This document shows positions 9,339 to 18,644 of a DNA stretch of 56,544 bases, one piece after another. Each line of letters opens with the position of its first letter. The stretch's first letter is position 1. Location: assembly GCA_964612515.1 (NCBI GenBank), contig CAZTCX010000003.1, positions 1 through 56,544 on the forward strand, in the 5' to 3' direction. Below the pieces are notes generated by a model that was not told where the DNA came from, made no database searches, and saw only the letters and a program-made list of their open reading frames with translations. Origin of the DNA: an uncultured Lentimicrobiaceae bacterium (GTDB taxonomy: Bacteria; Bacteroidota; Bacteroidia; Bacteroidales; 4484-276). The translations under genes and the position numbers were made by a program.

Positions 9339-9806
9339 TGCTCTTTTATTAAATGGGAAATTGAGGTAATTTACAAACCATATCAATTTGCCTGCGTGAT
9401 ACTTGCACCCTTCCTTTTGTCAAATCCAATCACTTTTATCTTCTAATGGTTCAAATATTTGGCAGTCCGGAACATCTATGTAAGGAAAATAGTTGCCAAT
9501 GCCACTCATTTAGAAATTGCAAGCCTTATCAATAGCTCTTTCAAGTAAATCATTAGCCGCCCCGAACATTTAATTCTTTCTCAGCATTACAAAATTGTAT
9601 CGGAAGGAGTAGGGCTACGTTTTGTATTGCCTTCTGAAATTGAATCAATAACTTTCCTACACCTTTTATCCTATCGCTCCACTCCCAACCGAATCGGAAG
9701 GAGAGGGGTTGAAGTAGGCGTGTCATTTTTTAAATGTCCTCTGATGGTATCGAATGATGGATAGAATGACCAACATCCGCAAACGTCAAGTCTAATTTTA
9801 ACATTA

Positions 9807-9903
9807 ACAAATGTAAATCAATAAAACGTTACACGTGTAAATATCAATAACATTCACAAATGTAATGTTAAATCACATTTGTATTCATCATCACATCTGT
9901 AAA
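9807..9903. repeat. Five tandem ACAnnTGTAA(A/T)-type elements
   Basis: ACAAATGTAAAT 9807, ACACGTGTAAAT 9831, ACAAATGTAAT 9856, ACATTTGTATT 9875, ACATCTGTAAA 9893. Spacing is 24/25/19/18 bp. Exact ACATTTGTAAA also occurs at 10113 and 10179. Confidence 0.7.
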
Positions 9904-10177
9904 CTATTACCTAAATAGTCTATTTCTTTTAACATTTGCCATCATTATTTATTAATTCATTAATAACCAGTGCATCCATTGATTTACCTTAACCATAACA
10001 ACAAACTTTTGCAATTAATTAGTAGCTGTACTAAACGTACTTTTCCAAACTAACGTTAGTGTTGATAATCAGTATATTATTTGCTTCATTTCAATCAAAC
10101 TACCATAAAATCACATTTGTAAATCACTAAAAGAATTGTGAATTTGCACATCAACAACCCGTGCATTTAAAATGAAG

Positions 10178-10185
10178 TACATTTG
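10178..10185 (+). promoter_or_regulatory. -7 box (TACATTTG) upstream of the HTH gene
   Basis: TAnnTTTG match 22 nt upstream of the ATG at 10207. It overlaps an ACATTTGTAAA element. Confidence 0.45.
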
Positions 10186-10206
10186 TAAAATTAAAGGAAA
10201 TAGGAA

Positions 10207-10734
10207 ATGGATAAACTCAAAGAGAGAATAGAATTGTTAATCTCGACCAAAGGAATGACTAATGCTGTGTTTGCTGAAAGCATCGGTGTACAACCCAGCA
10301 ACATCTCGCACAGCCTTTTGGGGAGGAATAAGCCCAGCCTGGATTTGGTAAATAAAATTTTGGAACGTTTCAAAGAAGTGCGCACAGAGTGGATCATCAA
10401 TGGAACAGGGCCAATGACACGCGACTATTCTTTATTTGATGAAAATGAGCCACCGGCACAGCCGTCGATGGCACGGAGACCTGCTCCAGAAATGACCAGG
10501 CCTGTATCACAACCGGAAACGACAGAAATATCGCAGCCAGCAGATGCAAAAAAAATAGATGAAGAGTGGGAAAAAGTTGAAAATGAGGAAGGTACTATAT
10601 CAAAACGACCTGTAGAGCAGACACAAAAATATCATGCAGAAAAACCGACGATGGGAATCCCTGGAAGAGAAATAGAAAAGATTGTGATTTTCTACAACGA
10701 TAAGACCTTTACAGTGTATTCTCCTCAAAATTGA
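10207..10734 (+). CDS. XRE/Cro-type helix-turn-helix DNA-binding protein
   Basis: The N-terminal ~65 aa is an HTH_3-like domain ([36 protein letters not shown]), followed by a Pro/Glu-rich linker and a short C-terminal beta-rich tail. A TACATTTG box lies 22 nt upstream. Confidence 0.7.
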   Translation: MDKLKERIELLISTKGMTNAVFAESIGVQPSNISHSLLGRNKPSLDLVNKILERFKEVRTEWIINGTGPMTRDYSLFDENEPPAQPSMARRPAPEMTRPVSQPETTEISQPADAKKIDEEWEKVENEEGTISKRPVEQTQKYHAEKPTMGIPGREIEKIVIFYNDKTFTVYSPQN

Positions 10735-11149
10735 ACCGTTCGAATCCGGCGAAAAAGAAGTTGGCCTCGATCTGTGCATTTTCGTCACTGTCGGAGCCAT
10801 GGACTGCATTGGCCTGCATGCTGGTACCAAATTGCTTACGCACGGAACCTTCTTCAGCTTTGGCCGGATCGGTGGAACCGATAAGATGACGGTATTCTTC
10901 AACAGCATTTTCGCGCTTAAGAATAGCAGCTACAATAGGGCCTGACGACATAAAATCTACGAGGGAATTGAAGAATGGTCTCTCCTGGTGAACCTCATAA
11001 AACTTTTTGGCTTGCTCCACAGTAAGACGTGTAAGCTTGAGTGCCGTAATTTGAAATCCGGCATCGATAATTTTGGTAAGAATATGACCTGCATGACCTC
11101 TTTGGAGGGCCGTAGGTTTGATCATTGTAAAGGTGATATTGCCTTTCAT
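10709..11149 (-). CDS. ndk: Nucleoside diphosphate kinase
   Basis: [12 protein letters not shown]... and NAVHGSDS (active-site His) match NDK along the whole length. Start trimmed to the ATG at 11149. The 3' end overlaps the convergent HTH gene by 26 nt. Confidence 0.92.
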   Translation of the reverse strand: MKGNITFTMIKPTALQRGHAGHILTKIIDAGFQITALKLTRLTVEQAKKFYEVHQERPFFNSLVDFMSSGPIVAAILKRENAVEEYRHLIGSTDPAKAEEGSVRKQFGTSMQANAVHGSDSDENAQIEANFFFAGFERFNFEENTL

Positions 11150-11270
11150 TGCGGGATGTTTTTGTTGAGGCAAAAGTAGCAAAACCGCCAACGGCCACCG
11201 TGTTTTAACGTTTTTTATTATACTTTTACCGTCTTGTAGTTGTTAATGGAAATCTAAAAACTTAAAAATC

Positions 11271-12299
11271 TTGACCGATACACAAATCACTGCCATCAAG
11301 CAATTGCTGGAAAACACCAAGAACATACTCATTACTACCCATTACAATCCTGATGGTGACGCTATTGGCAGCAGTATGGCATTGTTTCATTCACTGCATG
11401 GTGCTGGTATAAAAAGTCAGGTGGTGGTGCCTAATACGATTCCGGATTCGATTCGCTGGATTGAAAAGAGTGATGAAATCCTCATCTTCGAGGAGCGGGA
11501 TACTGATGAAATGGCCAGATTATTTGATGATGCCGGGTTGATTTTTTGTCTCGATTACAATGCACCCAAGCGTGTTGGTGAAAAGATGCAAAAACCGCTT
11601 GAAGCCTCGAAAGCAGTAAAAATCCTCATCGATCATCACCCACAACCCTCCGTAGGAGTTTTTGATTTTTTGTATTCCGAAACATCGGCATCTTCTACTG
11701 CTGAGCTGGTTTATAAATTTCTACAGAAGTTGGAATTTGAGAAATTCATCAATCAGGCTGCTGCTGAAAGCCTTTACACGGGTATTATTACAGATACCGG
11801 CTCATTCAGCTTTGCAAGCAATCATCCCGATGTTTATCTCATCACTGCCGATTTGATAGAGCGGGGCGTAAATGCCGAACTGCTGCACCGGCGCATCTTT
11901 GATACGTTTTCCGAAAAAAGACTGCGACTAATGGGATTTGCCTTCGATCAGAAATTGATCGTGCTGGATTCTTTTCGTACAGCTATTATCTCGCTCACCA
12001 AAGAAGAGTTGGAGCGTTTCGACCATAAGTCTGGCGACACCGAAGGAATTGTCAATTTCCCTTTATCAATTAGCACCATAAATGTTTCCATATTGCTTAC
12101 CGAGCGCGATGATCTGATTCGGTTATCGTTCCGTTCGAAGGGTGATTTTGAAGTAAATAAGCTGGCCAGTGATCATTTCGATGGGGGTGGCCACCGAAAT
12201 GCGGCTGGGGGCGATTCTAAACTTTCCATGCAAGAAACTATCGAAAAGATAAAAGCAATTTTACCGTTGTATCAAGATGAATTGCAATATCAAATCTGA
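11271..12299 (+). CDS. nrnA: DHH/DHHA1-family bifunctional oligoribonuclease / pAp phosphatase (NrnA-like)
   Basis: Motifs HYNPDGDAIGS, DHH (LIDHHPQ) and GGGHRNAAGG. TTG start in the track; no in-frame ATG nearby. Confidence 0.8.
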   Translation: MTDTQITAIKQLLENTKNILITTHYNPDGDAIGSSMALFHSLHGAGIKSQVVVPNTIPDSIRWIEKSDEILIFEERDTDEMARLFDDAGLIFCLDYNAPKRVGEKMQKPLEASKAVKILIDHHPQPSVGVFDFLYSETSASSTAELVYKFLQKLEFEKFINQAAAESLYTGIITDTGSFSFASNHPDVYLITADLIERGVNAELLHRRIFDTFSEKRLRLMGFAFDQKLIVLDSFRTAIISLTKEELERFDHKSGDTEGIVNFPLSISTINVSILLTERDDLIRLSFRSKGDFEVNKLASDHFDGGGHRNAAGGDSKLSMQETIEKIKAILPLYQDELQYQI

Positions 12300-12309
12300 C
12301 CAAAAGCAG

Positions 12310-12852
12310 ATGACAATCTCAAAATTGACACTTTTTACGTTGATCGTGGTATTCTTTCTTTTCGGCTGTAGCCGACATTCCCAAAACGACAAATCACAAA
12401 ACCAACGTCCAAAAGATAAAGCATTGCAGGAGAAACTATTTGATGCCAATCGGCAGGCCATGAGGGTAGAGGATCAGCAAATTGGTGATTTCGCAGAGCG
12501 CTATGGCTGGGAGATGAAAACCACCGGTACCGGGCTGCGTTACCTGATTTATGAAAATGGCACCGGCAAACAGGCTGAGGATGGAATGCTGGCCACCATT
12601 GATTACCAGGCCAGGCTGCTGAATGGTGAACTTATTTACAGTTCCCAGCCTGGAATTCCACTTACGTTCAGAATCGGCCAGGATGCTGCCGTTCCCACAG
12701 GGATACATCAAGGAATATTATTATTACGCCAGGGAGACCATGCCAAATTTATTCTACCTTCGCACCTTGCTTTTGGGCTTACCGGTGACCAAAAAGAAGT
12801 ACCCCCAAAATCAACTTTGGTGTATGATTTACAGCTTGTTGCGCTCAAGTAA
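12310..12852 (+). CDS. FKBP-type peptidyl-prolyl cis-trans isomerase lipoprotein (GldI-like size and architecture)
   Basis: Lipoprotein signal (FFLFGCS) plus one FKBP domain (TGLRYLIYENGTG ... LTFRIGQDAAVPTGIHQGILLLRQGD ... LVYDLQLVAL). Start moved to the ATG at 12310. Confidence 0.8.
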   Translation: MTISKLTLFTLIVVFFLFGCSRHSQNDKSQNQRPKDKALQEKLFDANRQAMRVEDQQIGDFAERYGWEMKTTGTGLRYLIYENGTGKQAEDGMLATIDYQARLLNGELIYSSQPGIPLTFRIGQDAAVPTGIHQGILLLRQGDHAKFILPSHLAFGLTGDQKEVPPKSTLVYDLQLVALK

Positions 12853-12865
12853 TTTTTAAAAATTA

Positions 12866-13729
12866 ATGATGAAAAAACTCTTTTTTTTGAAGCATTTTTT
12901 GTGGATTTTTATTGCCGTCATGCTATTCAGTTGTAATAGTAAGGATAAGTTTGAAAAAACAGCCAGTGGGCTGGAATACAAATTTTATATCAAGAATGAT
13001 ACGGCTCGTCAGGTAAAACTATACGATATTGTGGAAGTACGCATGAACTACCGCACCAAGGATAGCGTGCTCTTTGCCAGCGGCAACAGCACGCTACCTT
13101 TTCAGATTGACCCAATCTACGAGGGCGATTTGCTCGAAGGCATGATGATGATGCACCAGGGCGACAGCGCCACTTTTGTTATTAATACAGAAGATTTTTT
13201 TATCAAAATGATGCAGTCGCCACAGATTCCGGATTATGCCGATGGGGAGGATAAATTATATTTCGATCTGAAAGTGATGAAAATCACCAGCGAAACGCCC
13301 GACGTAAAAGCCCGTCGTCTGGAAGCTACCGAAAGGAAATCGTCGGAGCAACAAGCTATTGATAATTATATCAGCCAAAACAATATTGAAGTCAGCCCCA
13401 CAGAAAGCGGGTTGTATTATATTTCGGTTACCGAAGGTAGCGGCCCCAAAGCGAAAGCCGGAGATACCGTAAAAGTTAACTACACCGGATCGCTGCTTGA
13501 TGGTACGATTTATTATTCGACATACGACCACGGAATGCCGCTCACTTTTGAGGTAGGCGGTGGCGAAATGTTGGCAGGTTGGGAAGAGGCCATATTAATG
13601 ATGAAACAAGGGGGCAGAGCAATATGGATAATGCCCTCTTCGCTGGCTTACGGAAGCTACGAGCGACAAGGCGTGAAACCCTACAGCCCCTTGATTTTTG
13701 ACGTTGAACTTATCGAAATTATGGATTAA
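12866..13729 (+). CDS. FKBP-type peptidyl-prolyl isomerase, two-domain (degenerate N-terminal plus canonical C-terminal FKBP)
   Basis: Signal/lipobox (LFSCN). The C-terminal domain carries VKVNYTGSLLDGT...FEVGGGEMLAGWEEAILMMKQGG...LIFDVELIEI. Confidence 0.85.
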   Translation: MMKKLFFLKHFLWIFIAVMLFSCNSKDKFEKTASGLEYKFYIKNDTARQVKLYDIVEVRMNYRTKDSVLFASGNSTLPFQIDPIYEGDLLEGMMMMHQGDSATFVINTEDFFIKMMQSPQIPDYADGEDKLYFDLKVMKITSETPDVKARRLEATERKSSEQQAIDNYISQNNIEVSPTESGLYYISVTEGSGPKAKAGDTVKVNYTGSLLDGTIYYSTYDHGMPLTFEVGGGEMLAGWEEAILMMKQGGRAIWIMPSSLAYGSYERQGVKPYSPLIFDVELIEIMD

Positions 13730-13778
13730 TTTTTTATTTATAAACTGACAATTATTAGCAAATTAAAAAAGTAAAATT

Positions 13779-14651
13779 ATGATGAGAAGCAAACTGATGC
13801 TTATGATGGTTGCAGTCACCCTGTTGACTGCAATGAATGCCTGTAACGGACAAGGTTACAAAACCACTGACAGTGGACTGAAGTACAAAATTCATGTGGT
13901 GAACAAGGATCAGCCCACGCCTAAGGATGGCGATATTCTTTCGATGAAGATGACCTACGGAACTCCCGACACCTTGTTTTTTAACTCTGCTGAAATGCCC
14001 GAAAATAAAATGATGCTGGCCATGCAGGAATCGACCTATCCCGGCGATTTTTATGAAATGATGGCGATGCTGCATCAGGGCGATAGCGCTACTTTTATCC
14101 TTGCTGCCGACTCATTCTTTCTGCAAACAGCAGGTTACCCCAAACTCCCGGATTTTGCCAAGGACCTGAAAGAGCTGGAGTTTAACGTGATGCTTACAAA
14201 AATCCAGACTGAAGAAGAAGTAATGGCAGAAATGGAAGCCGAACGCGATCAAATGCGCGACGAAGAAGGTGCAACCATCGCGGCTTATGTTCAGGATAAT
14301 GGCATCGTTGCTATGCCCACCGAATCTGGAATGTATGTGATTGTAACTGAAGAAGGTAAAGGTCCAAAACCCGTTGCCGGCGACAAAGTGAAAGTACATT
14401 ACACCGGTAAGCTGCTGGATGGAACCAAATTCGACTCATCCGTTGATCGTGGAACGCCATTCGAGTTTGTGCTTGGAGAAGGCCGTGTAATCAGAGGTTG
14501 GGACGAAGGTATCGCCATGCTCAATGTTGGCAGCAAAGCTACTCTTATCATTCCAAGCGAACTGGGCTACGGCGAACGTGGCGCGGGCCGCGACATTCCT
14601 CCTTTTGCTCCGCTGGTATTTGATGTTGAGCTTATCGACATCGTAAAATAG
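13779..14651 (+). CDS. FKBP-type peptidyl-prolyl isomerase, two-domain paralogue
   Basis: Same architecture as the preceding gene. The C-terminal domain carries VKVHYTGKLLDGTKFDSS...FEFVLGEGRVIRGWDEGIAMLNVGS...LVFDVELIDI. Confidence 0.88.
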   Translation: MMRSKLMLMMVAVTLLTAMNACNGQGYKTTDSGLKYKIHVVNKDQPTPKDGDILSMKMTYGTPDTLFFNSAEMPENKMMLAMQESTYPGDFYEMMAMLHQGDSATFILAADSFFLQTAGYPKLPDFAKDLKELEFNVMLTKIQTEEEVMAEMEAERDQMRDEEGATIAAYVQDNGIVAMPTESGMYVIVTEEGKGPKPVAGDKVKVHYTGKLLDGTKFDSSVDRGTPFEFVLGEGRVIRGWDEGIAMLNVGSKATLIIPSELGYGERGAGRDIPPFAPLVFDVELIDIVK

Positions 14652-14710
14652 TTATGTCAAAAACGATTACAGGCAAGAGTTTGTAATTGCTAAAAAAGAC
14701 AATCTTTCAG

Positions 14711-14750
14711 AAAACGCCGGATTCATCACAGATGAGCCGGCGTTTTCGAT
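14711..14750 (+). terminator. Rho-independent terminator after the third FKBP gene
   Basis: AAAACGCCGG ... CCGGCGTTTT 10-bp stem followed by a T-rich tail. Confidence 0.75.
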
Positions 14751-14836
14751 TTTAAGGCTAATCATCTTTTTTTCAACGGTTAAATTTATTTTACAAATCC
14801 TTTCAACGCCAGAGCCTGTTAGCTTATCCTGATTTT

Positions 14837-15613
14837 ATGGTGTCGGAAATGATTTATTTTGTAATTCAAAAAATACCACCCGAAATGAAGCTTTTAATTA
14901 TAGCAGCAATTGCCCTCGTTTTGATAATCATACTTATCAGGATGTACCCACTTCTACACATTTGGGGAACACGCTTATTTTTTGGTAAGTACAGTTCGCG
15001 CTATGTAGCCACCTACAAGCGTTACACCAACCAAAGTCCTTATTCTTATTGTATCAAGGATGATTTTATTAATCATCTGGCAAGCGTTTACAAATTACCT
15101 CCAGATTTGCCGATTCTTGATTCAGAACTGGAAATTGAATTTTCGGATATCGCTTTTGGAAAAAGCTTTAAGGAAGTTATTAAAGCTTCCCCAAAACCAA
15201 TTTGTGCCAATGCCGTCAGGCTTCCAGCCTTTGAGCTACAGACGCTGGGTTACAAAAGTCAGGTATTTAGCCTGGATATGAAGAAATATTGCTTTTTTGC
15301 TAATGGAAAGTTTTTCATGGGCCAGTTTACTTTCAACAAATCCACTACTGAGAATCGGGCTGAACTGACCAATGTGTTGCAAAAAAAATATCTCAATGGA
15401 TTAAAAACTTCGTCAGAAGGCTTTATGATTCGCGGCAAAAACCAGAGTTTACTTCGCTGCGAATACAATGGTTTTTATTTGATACTCACCTATTTTTCTC
15501 GTAGTACTGGTGCAGACATCATTGCTCTGGTTGATGAACATTGGAATAGTAACATACCAAGCCAAACGATTTCACAGTCGACTTTGCAGGCTGAATTGAT
15601 GGATAAATTATAA
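14837..15613 (+). CDS. Hypothetical single-pass membrane protein
   Basis: 258-aa ORF with one N-terminal TM helix (KLLIIAAIALVLIIILI) and a ~200-aa domain I do not recognise. An alternative start is the ATG at 14885. Confidence 0.5.
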   Translation: MVSEMIYFVIQKIPPEMKLLIIAAIALVLIIILIRMYPLLHIWGTRLFFGKYSSRYVATYKRYTNQSPYSYCIKDDFINHLASVYKLPPDLPILDSELEIEFSDIAFGKSFKEVIKASPKPICANAVRLPAFELQTLGYKSQVFSLDMKKYCFFANGKFFMGQFTFNKSTTENRAELTNVLQKKYLNGLKTSSEGFMIRGKNQSLLRCEYNGFYLILTYFSRSTGADIIALVDEHWNSNIPSQTISQSTLQAELMDKL

Positions 15614-15713
15614 AATGAACATGCCAGGATTCCACATCCCTGCGCATTGGCTATCTAATTCGTTGTAACATATTGCAGATGCATATCCATGCATCTTTGC
15701 AAAGAAGAATTCC

Positions 15714-15757
15714 AAAAAAAAACTGCATCGCTCACACGGAACGATACAGTTTTTTTA
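15714..15757. terminator. Bidirectional terminator between the hypothetical gene (+) and clpC (-)
   Basis: An A-run, an AACTGCATCG ... CGATACAGTT stem (one mismatch), then a T-run. It sits between convergent genes. Confidence 0.7.
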
Positions 15758-15781
15758 TTGTTAATCAGATAATTCCAGATC

Positions 15782-18367
15782 TTAATTTACTGAAGGCAAC
15801 TGTTTTGCGATAGCAACTTCCTTTTTGATGCTGATATTAAGTTCTTCCTTACCTTCTTCAGCTTCCACCATTATGTGATCGCCTTCGGATATGGTGGTCT
15901 TGATGATTTCTTCGGCAAGCGGATCTTCTACATATCGCTGTATCGCCCGCTTTAACGGACGTGCGCCATATTGGGCATCCCATCCTTTTTCGACGATAAA
16001 GTCTTTGGCTTTTTCCGAAATTTCGATGGTGTAACCAATCTCTTTCACGCGCTTGTAAAGATGGCCAAGTTCAATGTCGATAATCTTATGAATGTCTTCA
16101 CGCTCCAGATGGTCGAAGATTACGATATCGTCGATACGGTTAAGAAACTCAGGGGCAAAAGTTTTCTTCAAAGCATTTTCGATCACACTTTGCGAATGTT
16201 TTCCTTTTGATGTTTCGCGTGCCGAGGTATTAAAACCTACACCAAGTCCAAAATCTTTCAACTGACGCGATCCAATGTTGGAGGTCATGATGATGATTGC
16301 ATTCTTGAAGTCGATACGTCGACCCAGACTGTCGGTGATGATCCCATCGTCGAGTACCTGTAGCAAAAGGTGATAAACGTCGGGGTGCGCTTTTTCTATC
16401 TCGTCGAGAAGAATGATGGAGTAGGGTTTGCGACGGACTTTCTCAGTAAGTTGCCCACCTTCTTCGTAGCCTACGTATCCCGGAGGAGCGCCCACCAGAC
16501 GCGAAACGGAGAATTTCTCCATGTATTCGCTCATGTCGATGCGGATAAGCGCTTCTTCGCTATCGAAAAGATAACGTGCAAGTACTTTTGCCAGGTGCGT
16601 TTTACCGACGCCTGTGGGGCCCAGAAAGATGAAACTTCCAATAGGCTTATTGGGGTCTTTCAGTCCGGCACGGTTACGGCGAATAGAACGAACCACTTTT
16701 TGAATGGCTTCATCCTGACCTATCACAGAATCTTGTAGCTCGAATTCCATTTTCACGAGTCGGTTACTTTCCGTTTGCGCAATTCGCTTAATTGGAATTC
16801 CTGTCATCATAGCCACAACTTCGGCCACATTTTCTTCAGATACGGTCTCGCGATTGATACGTGCATCTTCTTCCCACTTTTTCTTTTCCACTTCAAGCTC
16901 CTCAAGCAGTTTGCGCTCCAGATCGCGGAAGCGGGCGGCTTCTTCAAATTTCTGTCCGCCGATGGCCTTTGCTTTTTCAGCTTTCACCTCTTCAATACGG
17001 CTTTCAATTTTGATGATTTGGGAAGGCACATGCATGTTGGTAATGTGCACCCTCGAACCAGCTTCGTCAAGTGCATCGATGGCTTTGTCGGGCAAATAGC
17101 GGTCGCTGATGTATCGGTTGGTGAGGTGTACACAAGCTTTGATGGCGTCTTCAGTATATTTTACAAGGTGGTGATCCTCATATTTTGCTTTGATATTGTT
17201 GAGGATGACAGCGGTTTCGTCGGCAGTGGTCGGATCGACCAGCACTTTCTGAAATCTGCGCTCCAGCGCGCCATCTTTTTCGATGTATTGGCGGTACTCG
17301 TCGAGTGTAGTGGCACCGATACATTGTATTTCGCCACGTGCCAGTGCAGGCTTAAACATATTGGACGCATCCAATGAACCGGAAGCATTACCGGCACCTA
17401 CAATGGTGTGTATCTCGTCGATAAAAAGTATGATATCTGGGTTTTTCTCCAGCTCATTCAGGACGGCTTTCATGCGTTCTTCAAACTGACCACGGTATTT
17501 GGTACCTGCTACAATAGATGCCAGGTCGAGTGTGATAACTCGTTTGTTGAATAATGCCCGCGAGACTTTTCGTTCAACAATTCGTGAAGCCAACCCTTCG
17601 GCTATGGCACTTTTACCAACGCCAGGCTCGCCAATGAGGATTGGGTTGTTTTTTTTGCGTCGGCTTAGAATCTGCGCAATACGTTCGAGTTCTTTCTCGC
17701 GGCCTACGATTGGATCAAGCCGGCCTTCTTCGGCAGCTTTGGTGAGGTCGCGTCCAAAATTATCGAGAACCGGAGTCTTTGACTTCGTTTCACCGGGCTT
17801 TTTGCCTTGTTTTTCGAAACCCCGGCCTTCTTCGAAGTCATCATCCATCGAGCCTGGAAATTCATCCACAGGATCCATTCTTTGGGCAGCACTGCTCTCT
17901 TCAGCCTTTTCAGGATGATGCCCGGTCATGATCGATTGCAATTCTTCTTTAACAGAATCGTAATCAACGCCAACCGATGTAAAGGTCTGCGTTACGATGT
18001 TGTCTTCATCTTTGAGAATGGCCAGGAGCAAGTGCTCGGTGCCGATTAGATCGCTGTTGAAAAGCTTTGCTTCCAGATAAGTTAGTTTCAGTGCACGTTC
18101 GGCCTGCTTTACCAATGGGAGATTCACCATTTTTTTCTCACCTTTCACTGTAGCACCTTGCTTTCCGATAGATTGCTCAATGCTGCTGCGGTAAGTTTTC
18201 AGATCCACACCCAGATAATTTAATATTTGTACGGCCAATCCTTCGCCTTCGCGCAGAATACCAAGTATCAGATGTTCAACTCCAATATAATCGTTTTCCA
18301 AACGTAAAGCTTCTTCCCGGCTGTAGTTAAGGACATCCTTAACACGTTGTGAAAATTTTGCTTCCAT
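15782..18367 (-). CDS. clpC: ATP-dependent Clp protease ATP-binding subunit ClpC
   Basis: Two Clp_N repeats, two AAA+ modules (GEPGVGKS and GPTGVGKT Walker A motifs) and a UVR-like linker ([13 protein letters not shown]). Confidence 0.9.
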   Translation of the reverse strand: MEAKFSQRVKDVLNYSREEALRLENDYIGVEHLILGILREGEGLAVQILNYLGVDLKTYRSSIEQSIGKQGATVKGEKKMVNLPLVKQAERALKLTYLEAKLFNSDLIGTEHLLLAILKDEDNIVTQTFTSVGVDYDSVKEELQSIMTGHHPEKAEESSAAQRMDPVDEFPGSMDDDFEEGRGFEKQGKKPGETKSKTPVLDNFGRDLTKAAEEGRLDPIVGREKELERIAQILSRRKKNNPILIGEPGVGKSAIAEGLASRIVERKVSRALFNKRVITLDLASIVAGTKYRGQFEERMKAVLNELEKNPDIILFIDEIHTIVGAGNASGSLDASNMFKPALARGEIQCIGATTLDEYRQYIEKDGALERRFQKVLVDPTTADETAVILNNIKAKYEDHHLVKYTEDAIKACVHLTNRYISDRYLPDKAIDALDEAGSRVHITNMHVPSQIIKIESRIEEVKAEKAKAIGGQKFEEAARFRDLERKLLEELEVEKKKWEEDARINRETVSEENVAEVVAMMTGIPIKRIAQTESNRLVKMEFELQDSVIGQDEAIQKVVRSIRRNRAGLKDPNKPIGSFIFLGPTGVGKTHLAKVLARYLFDSEEALIRIDMSEYMEKFSVSRLVGAPPGYVGYEEGGQLTEKVRRKPYSIILLDEIEKAHPDVYHLLLQVLDDGIITDSLGRRIDFKNAIIIMTSNIGSRQLKDFGLGVGFNTSARETSKGKHSQSVIENALKKTFAPEFLNRIDDIVIFDHLEREDIHKIIDIELGHLYKRVKEIGYTIEISEKAKDFIVEKGWDAQYGARPLKRAIQRYVEDPLAEEIIKTTISEGDHIMVEAEEGKEELNISIKKEVAIAKQLPSVN

Positions 18368-18586
18368 TATATTTTATTCCTTTCATTATTAATACAAATC
18401 GCGTATGAATCAAATAACGTTCCAATTGATAAATAGTTTTTAGCCTGCGAATTTAGTTACCCTATCGAACATCCGACAAAAATAAAGCTCTTTGCTGGTG
18501 CTAATTGCCGTTGCAGAGTCGTTTTTATCAACAAAAATATGTTAGTTAATAAAAGGTTTAGCTGTGCCGGCAAACATAAAAATACC

Positions 18587-18594
18587 TACTTTTG
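18587..18594 (+). promoter_or_regulatory. -7 box (TACTTTTG) upstream of gyrA
   Basis: Exact TAnnTTTG match 51 nt upstream of the ATG at 18645. Confidence 0.45.
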
Positions 18595-18644
18595 CTGGTC
18601 GTTACACTTTGATATTAAAGTATTATTATTGAATAAGTTAGTAG

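Noticed and set aside
9446-9535. 29-codon Cys-rich small ORF (MVQIFGSPEHLCKENSCQCHSFRNCKPYQ) in the ORF-free region.
   Set aside because: Nothing supports it beyond an ATG and a stop: there is no promoter box at a suitable distance, and I cannot assess conservation. It is likely chance.
9807-9903. CRISPR array.
   Set aside because: The repeats are only 11-12 nt and degenerate, with spacers of 7-13 nt. No cas genes are in the window.
9339-10206. Chromosomal replication origin (oriC) in the AT-rich ORF-free region.
   Set aside because: I found only isolated near-matches to the DnaA box (TGTTGATAA at 10060-10068, TTTTCCAAA at ~10041) and no cluster of TTATCCACA-type boxes. No dnaA or dnaN is nearby. 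I cannot exclude it without a whole-genome GC-skew analysis, so it stays only as a minor alternative in the finding.
10730-10750. CCGTTCGAATCCGG, which resembles a tRNA T-arm/T-loop.
   Set aside because: The flanking 70 nt cannot form acceptor, D or anticodon stems, and the segment lies inside the ndk and HTH coding overlap.
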